DNA of 64,000 nt from an uncultured Candidatus Binatia bacterium (lineage in GTDB: Bacteria; Desulfobacterota; Binatia; Bin18), in NCBI GenBank assembly GCA_965200965.1, contig OZ241744.1, forward strand, positions 2,016,001 to 2,080,000. Direction: 5' to 3'. Below, piece after piece: positions 59,488 through 64,000 of the stretch. The notes beneath the pieces were generated by a model. It searched no databases and was not told where the DNA came from. It was given only the letters and a program-made list of their open reading frames with translations. The position numbers and the translations under genes were made by a program. Every line of letters begins with the position of its first letter. The first letter of the stretch is position 1.

Positions 59488-60396
59488 CTAAAAACGGGCC
59501 CGGAATTGCCGCTTGGCCTCTTTCCTGAGCGCGATGCAGCCGTCGTAGCGCTTGACATTGTGGATAAGGTCCCACAAGCCGCCTTCTTGAAACGGGTTCA
59601 AGACCTGGAGCAGCCCGAGTTGGCGGCTGGCGGGGGTGTTGGTGCTGCTCAGAAGCGCCGGGATATGGCCGACAACCGGCCCCGCTAAGGTGAGACGCTG
59701 GTGTGAATCGGTATTTCTCAGCACAAGGCTCAAGGAGAACTTGTCCTCAGGGTGGGGGATGTTTTCGGTATGGACATCCAGTGCCTCGGAGTGCTTCTGC
59801 TCCTGAAAGCCGCCTGCTTCCTCCGGCTCTCTGTACTGCACCCAAGAGAAACCCCCGTCCGGGGCAATCCGGTACTGTCTGCGTTCAGTGTCCATGTTGG
59901 CATGATACGAAAAGGTTTCTGAAAAATCGCCTGTTGTGACTGCACCGGTGCGCCGGTTGGTCATTTGCAGGGCCAGCGCAAAAGTCGCCCCGGACCATTC
60001 GGGCAGCGCCTTGATCTGCATTTTCTCCAGGGAAAGCCCAACGCCGGTCAGGTCGCTCTGCCCGTACAGCGAGCCGATGAGGACTTCGGCCAGGACCAGC
60101 GCCCTGTATGGACTGGCGGCGGGTTGTTCAAAAAAGGCGTATGCCGACCAGGCGTAGCGGTATTCGTGCTGCGCCTCGGAACACAGATGGCCGAAATGGA
60201 TGGCCTCGTCGGGGTCAAAGACGGTGAAACCGGCCAGCAGACAGGCTTTTTTCTCTCCGGCGCTGAGGTCGGCACAGGCGCGGTCTCCGGCCTTGAGGCC
60301 GCCTCCCCCGCCCAATATGCAGAGGAAGGCGAGCAGCATGGCGGCGACACGCGGCATGGGCTTACAAGAATGATCGGACAAGAGCCAGATTCTCAC
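59488..60396 (-). CDS. Hypothetical exported protein
   Basis: Signal-like N-terminus and several Cys; GTG overlaps the upstream stop; start uncertain. Confidence 0.6.
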   Translation of the reverse strand: MRIWLLSDHSCKPMPRVAAMLLAFLCILGGGGGLKAGDRACADLSAGEKKACLLAGFTVFDPDEAIHFGHLCSEAQHEYRYAWSAYAFFEQPAASPYRALVLAEVLIGSLYGQSDLTGVGLSLEKMQIKALPEWSGATFALALQMTNRRTGAVTTGDFSETFSYHANMDTERRQYRIAPDGGFSWVQYREPEEAGGFQEQKHSEALDVHTENIPHPEDKFSLSLVLRNTDSHQRLTLAGPVVGHIPALLSSTNTPASRQLGLLQVLNPFQEGGLWDLIHNVKRYDGCIALRKEAKRQFRARF

Positions 60397-60731
60397 CCAC
60401 CATGCCGGAGTTGGTCAAGCGTGAACACCCGACCGGCCCGCCTAGCGTCAAGCCACCGCTCGAACGACGCCTGACTTTCCTGCGACTGACGACCGGCCAG
60501 CAGTCCCTCCACACTGATGTCTTCGTCGAGGTCTGCCCAGTGAATGTACTGACTTGCAGCGCACAGCTTCCAGTTGTTCCTTTCCGCTGGCGTCGCATGG
60601 ATATGCCTCGGATACCAGGCCAGCGGAATGAAGCTCAGGCGACCATCGGCCAGTTCGGCGGTCAGCGCATCATCGGTTACTGTGATCCGCGTCGCTCCAG
60701 GCACTTCCAACTCAACGGCCAAAGTAGTCAT
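60393..60731 (-). CDS. DUF2442 family protein, putative antitoxin
   Basis: L.DGR....PL.WYPR...AT..ER.NW......IHW.DLDEDISVEGLL.G. Confidence 0.88.
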   Translation of the reverse strand: MTTLAVELEVPGATRITVTDDALTAELADGRLSFIPLAWYPRHIHATPAERNNWKLCAASQYIHWADLDEDISVEGLLAGRQSQESQASFERWLDARRAGRVFTLDQLRHGG

Positions 60732-60927
60732 GCCAAATCTCCATGAATACGGTCCGATTCTGCTCAACAATTCTCTGAATACGACGAAGTTCCGTCAGTC
60801 CGAAGTGACCGCTTCGCTGTAGGGCTATGGGGTTAAGCCAAAACCTGGCAAAACAGTCATTCCTCTGTATGTGGAGGTGTGGCGGTTCATCCCGATATTA
60901 CGAACCGTCTCTCAGGACGGTGGGCAT
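60712..60927 (-). pseudogene. DUF4160 family toxin, disrupted
   Basis: MPTVLRDGS*YRDEPPHLH...ARFWL.P...ELRRIQRIVE...W.DYFG; TAA at codon 10 and loss of the usual RFFFYS segment. Confidence 0.8.
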
Positions 60928-60976
60928 TCCTCGACCCGTTCAATCTCGATTCGGCGCGTCAGGATATCCCTTTCTG

Positions 60977-61957
60977 CTACTCCCGGTACAAGACGCTCCG
61001 CACTGCCTCAACGACCTTCTTGACGCTCGGCAGCACCAACTCCTCCAGGTTCTTGGCGTAGGGCATGGGCACATCTTCGCCGGTCACCCGGACGACCGGC
61101 GCGTCGAGGAAGTCGAAGCCGTCTTTCATGATGCGGTACGAGATTTCAGCCCCAATGCCGGCCACCGGCCAGCCCTCTTCAACGATCACACAGCGGTTGG
61201 TCTTTTTGACCGAGCGCAGCAGCGAGGCGGCGTCTAAGGGACGCATGGTGCGGGGGTCAAGCACCTCGACCTGTATGCCTTGTGTAGCCAGCTCGTCCGC
61301 GGCTTCGAGGGCGACATAGACCATCTTTGACCAGGCCACGAGGGTCACGTCCCTGCCCTCTCGTTTGATCTCGGCTTTGCCAATCGGGATCAGGTAGTCG
61401 GTGTCCTCAAGCGGGCCTTTACGGCCGTACAGGACCTCGCCCTCAATAAAAATCGTGGGATTGTCGTCCCGGATGGCCGACTTGAGCAGCCCCTTGGCGT
61501 CGGCCGGGGTTGAGGGGGCCATGACCTTCAGGCCGGGAATGTAAGAGTACAGACTCTCAACGACCTGGGAGTGCTGGGCGGCTAACTGATGGGCGGCTCC
61601 GCCCGGGCCGCGAAAGACAATCGGCAGGGAGAGCTGCCCGCCGGACATGTAGCGCAGCTTGGCCGCATTGTTGACAATCTGGTCATAGGCGCACAGCGAA
61701 AAGTTCCAGGTCATGAACTCAATGATCGGCCGCAGACCGACCATTGCCGCTCCGATCCCGACCCCGGCAAAGCCGGTCTCGGCAATCGGGGAATCAACGA
61801 CTCGACGCTCGCCAAAACGGTCAAGCAGCCCTTCTGATACTTTATACGCGCCGTTGTAATGCCCGACCTCTTCGCCCATCAGGAACACGCGCTCGTCGCG
61901 TTCCATTTCTTCGGCCATGGCCTCGCGGACGGCTTCACGGTAGCTTATTTCACGCAC
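60977..61957 (-). CDS. pdhB: Pyruvate dehydrogenase E1 beta
   Basis: GEEVG.YNGAYKV, EFMTWNF, AAQHSQ, DVPMPYA; GTG start. Confidence 0.93.
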   Translation of the reverse strand: MREISYREAVREAMAEEMERDERVFLMGEEVGHYNGAYKVSEGLLDRFGERRVVDSPIAETGFAGVGIGAAMVGLRPIIEFMTWNFSLCAYDQIVNNAAKLRYMSGGQLSLPIVFRGPGGAAHQLAAQHSQVVESLYSYIPGLKVMAPSTPADAKGLLKSAIRDDNPTIFIEGEVLYGRKGPLEDTDYLIPIGKAEIKREGRDVTLVAWSKMVYVALEAADELATQGIQVEVLDPRTMRPLDAASLLRSVKKTNRCVIVEEGWPVAGIGAEISYRIMKDGFDFLDAPVVRVTGEDVPMPYAKNLEELVLPSVKKVVEAVRSVLYRE

Positions 61958-61995
61958 AAGGTCACTCCTGAAGAACGCTCATCCGGTCTGAGCGG

Positions 61996-63006
61996 CTAGC
62001 TGGCCTGGCGGGCCCGATGTGGCAGGGAGATAATGTTATCGTCAGGCCGGGAGTCGGCGTAGACATAGTCGTACAGCTCGGACGGATCGGGCCAGGGTGA
62101 CGCATCGGCAAAGGTGACCGCCTCGGCGACCTCGTGTTTGGCCTCGTCGTCAATTGCCTTGAGTTGCGCCTCGGTGGCCATCCCCAGGCCAAAGATGCGC
62201 TGCTCCAACAAAAAGATGGGGTCGCGCTTCTTCCACTCATTGACCTCTTCTTTGGTGCGGTATTTGGCCGGGTCGGACATGGAGTGCCCCCGGAACCGGT
62301 AGGTCTTGGCCTCAACCAGGATCGGCAGGCTCTCGGCCCGGGTGCGCTGAACCGCCCGGCGGACGACATCCCGGACTTCCAGCACATCGTCGCCGTTGAC
62401 AATTTCCTGCTGCATGGGATAGCCCTTGGCCCGCACCGCCACATCTTCAACCGCCAGGGTCCGGTACAGGGGCGTACCCATGGAGTACAGGTTGTTCTCG
62501 CAGATAAACACCACGGGCAGTTTCCACAGCGCGGCCAGCGCCATGCCCTCATGGAACGCGCCCATATTGGCCGTCCCCTCGCCAAAGAAACACAGCGTCA
62601 CGTCTTGCTCGCCGCGATACTTGGACGCAAAGGCAATACCGGCCGCAATGGGCACATGGCCGCCCACAATCGCGTGACCGCCCATAAAGCGTTTGTTCAC
62701 GTCAAAATAGTGCATGGAGCCGCCCCGGCCCTTGGCACAGCCGGTGGCTTTGCCAAACAACTCGGCCATAGCCGCCTTCATATCTCCGACCCGGGCCAAG
62801 TAGTGGCCGTGCTCCCGGTAGGTGGCCACAATGTAATCGGTCGGCTGGGCCGCGGACATCGCCCCGACCGCCACCGCTTCCTGCCCCACATAGAGGTGCA
62901 GAAAGCCACCCATTTTGCCCCGCGAATACGATCGCGCCGCCTCTTCCTCAAAACGGCGAATCCGCACCATATCCCGATACAGCGACAGCAACATCTCTTT
63001 ATCCAT
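61996..63006 (-). CDS. pdhA: Pyruvate dehydrogenase E1 alpha
   Basis: GGFLHLYVGQEA, GRGGSMH, GEG..N.G.FHE, YRFRGHSMSDP. Confidence 0.95.
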   Translation of the reverse strand: MDKEMLLSLYRDMVRIRRFEEEAARSYSRGKMGGFLHLYVGQEAVAVGAMSAAQPTDYIVATYREHGHYLARVGDMKAAMAELFGKATGCAKGRGGSMHYFDVNKRFMGGHAIVGGHVPIAAGIAFASKYRGEQDVTLCFFGEGTANMGAFHEGMALAALWKLPVVFICENNLYSMGTPLYRTLAVEDVAVRAKGYPMQQEIVNGDDVLEVRDVVRRAVQRTRAESLPILVEAKTYRFRGHSMSDPAKYRTKEEVNEWKKRDPIFLLEQRIFGLGMATEAQLKAIDDEAKHEVAEAVTFADASPWPDPSELYDYVYADSRPDDNIISLPHRARQAS

Positions 63007-63148
63007 AGCTACATCCCCATGCCCTGGCTTCTTGCTCCGTCCCGGAACTCGCCCGGCGGCAGATCCCTTCCCTTGGCTTCTTTTGTATTCTATTGGTCAT
63101 ATTATCGGGCAAAAGCAAGGGGCAAGTTCCAGAAAATCGGGACGACCC

Positions 63149-64000
63149 CTAGCCCTGTCTGTGCGCCCGGTCCAGCATCTCGCGGGCGTGCCGTCTGGCC
63201 TCGGCGGAGACCTCCAGCCCACCCAGCATACGGGCCAACTCGTCGAGACGTTCTGCTTTGGTGAGGCTTTTTGCCGAGGACACGGTCCGGCCGTTGGTCA
63301 GGGTTTTGACCACGGTGTAGGCGTGCTCTGCAAAGGCCGCAATCTGGGGCAGGTGGGTGATGCACAAGACCTGGCGCCGGGCCGCCAGAGCTTTGAGGCG
63401 CTGGCCCAGGACCTCGGCCACGCCGCCACCCACACCGGTGTCAACCTCGTCAAAAATCAGGGTTGGGGCTTCTCTGGCCTCGACGCTGAGGGCCTTGAGG
63501 GCCAGCATCAGCCGCGACAGCTCGCCACCCGAGGCGACCTTGACCAGGGGCAGCGCCGGCTCGCCAGGATTGGCCGACAGGAAAAACTCGAGCCTATCAC
63601 AGCCGGCGGGGCTGAGCCGCGCCTGGCCGCGGACAAACGGACTGGGCGGATTCTGAACATCTGGCGAACCGTCCGGCTGGTGAAAGCGCACGCTGAAGTT
63701 TGCCCCGCGCATACCCAGACCGGCCAGCTCCTCACGCATCCGGGCTTCTAATGTCCGGGCCGCGTTCCGGCGTGCCTCGGACAGCTCGTGCGCCGCTTGC
63801 CAGGCGGCCCCGGCCGCGCTGTCTACCTCCCGGTCCAGGGCGGCCAAGTCCTCTTCATCCCCGTCCAGACCAGCCAACTCCTGGCTGAGTTGCCGGTGGC
63901 GGGCCGCTACGGCCTCTACCCTGTTCCCGTATTTCTTTTTGAGCCGCGACAGCACGGCCAGACGGGAGTCAATTTCTTCCAGCCGTTCGGGATCGGGGGC
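63149..64000 (-). CDS. recN: DNA repair protein RecN, 3' part
   Basis: ANPGE, VASGGELSR.MLALK, FDEVDTGVGG, ITHLPQIAA, ELARML. Confidence 0.95.
   Translation of the reverse strand, partial: APDPERLEEIDSRLAVLSRLKKKYGNRVEAVAARHRQLSQELAGLDGDEEDLAALDREVDSAAGAAWQAAHELSEARRNAARTLEARMREELAGLGMRGANFSVRFHQPDGSPDVQNPPSPFVRGQARLSPAGCDRLEFFLSANPGEPALPLVKVASGGELSRLMLALKALSVEAREAPTLIFDEVDTGVGGGVAEVLGQRLKALAARRQVLCITHLPQIAAFAEHAYTVVKTLTNGRTVSSAKSLTKAERLDELARMLGGLEVSAEARRHAREMLDRAHRQG

Overview
GC-rich bacterial chromosomal window. The gene content (many amidohydrolase, CoA-transferase and LLM genes, a DUF6178-like gene, Myxan-type Cas) suggests a deltaproteobacterial or Binatia-like organism; this is inference only. 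Housekeeping and catabolic genes include otsB, gshA, crcB, aat, purE/purC, dacB, gloB, pdhAB, recN, a xanthine-dehydrogenase-family Mo enzyme with XdhC/MocA, and RavA/ViaA. Two defence loci stand out. (1) A 4.09-kb lower-GC island with no integrase (17435-21580). It is bounded by a 56-bp direct repeat that is itself a sigma70-like promoter. It carries a C-protein-like HTH gene, a split HNH nuclease, an unusual 770-aa methyltransferase that looks like a tandem MTase with a Zn ribbon, and a DUF1156 MTase remnant. (2) A complete type I-B (Myxan/Cmx8) CRISPR-Cas locus (47305-57862) with 23 repeats and 22 spacers. It has an internal Cas11 start in cas8, an antisense tandem-repeat coiled-coil (DUF1640-like) gene with its own promoter between cas5 and cas4-cas1, several duplicated spacers, and a Dam-methylase fragment joined to the last repeat. 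Decaying genes are acoA/acoB and a DUF4160 toxin. All family calls come from motif recognition, not database searches.
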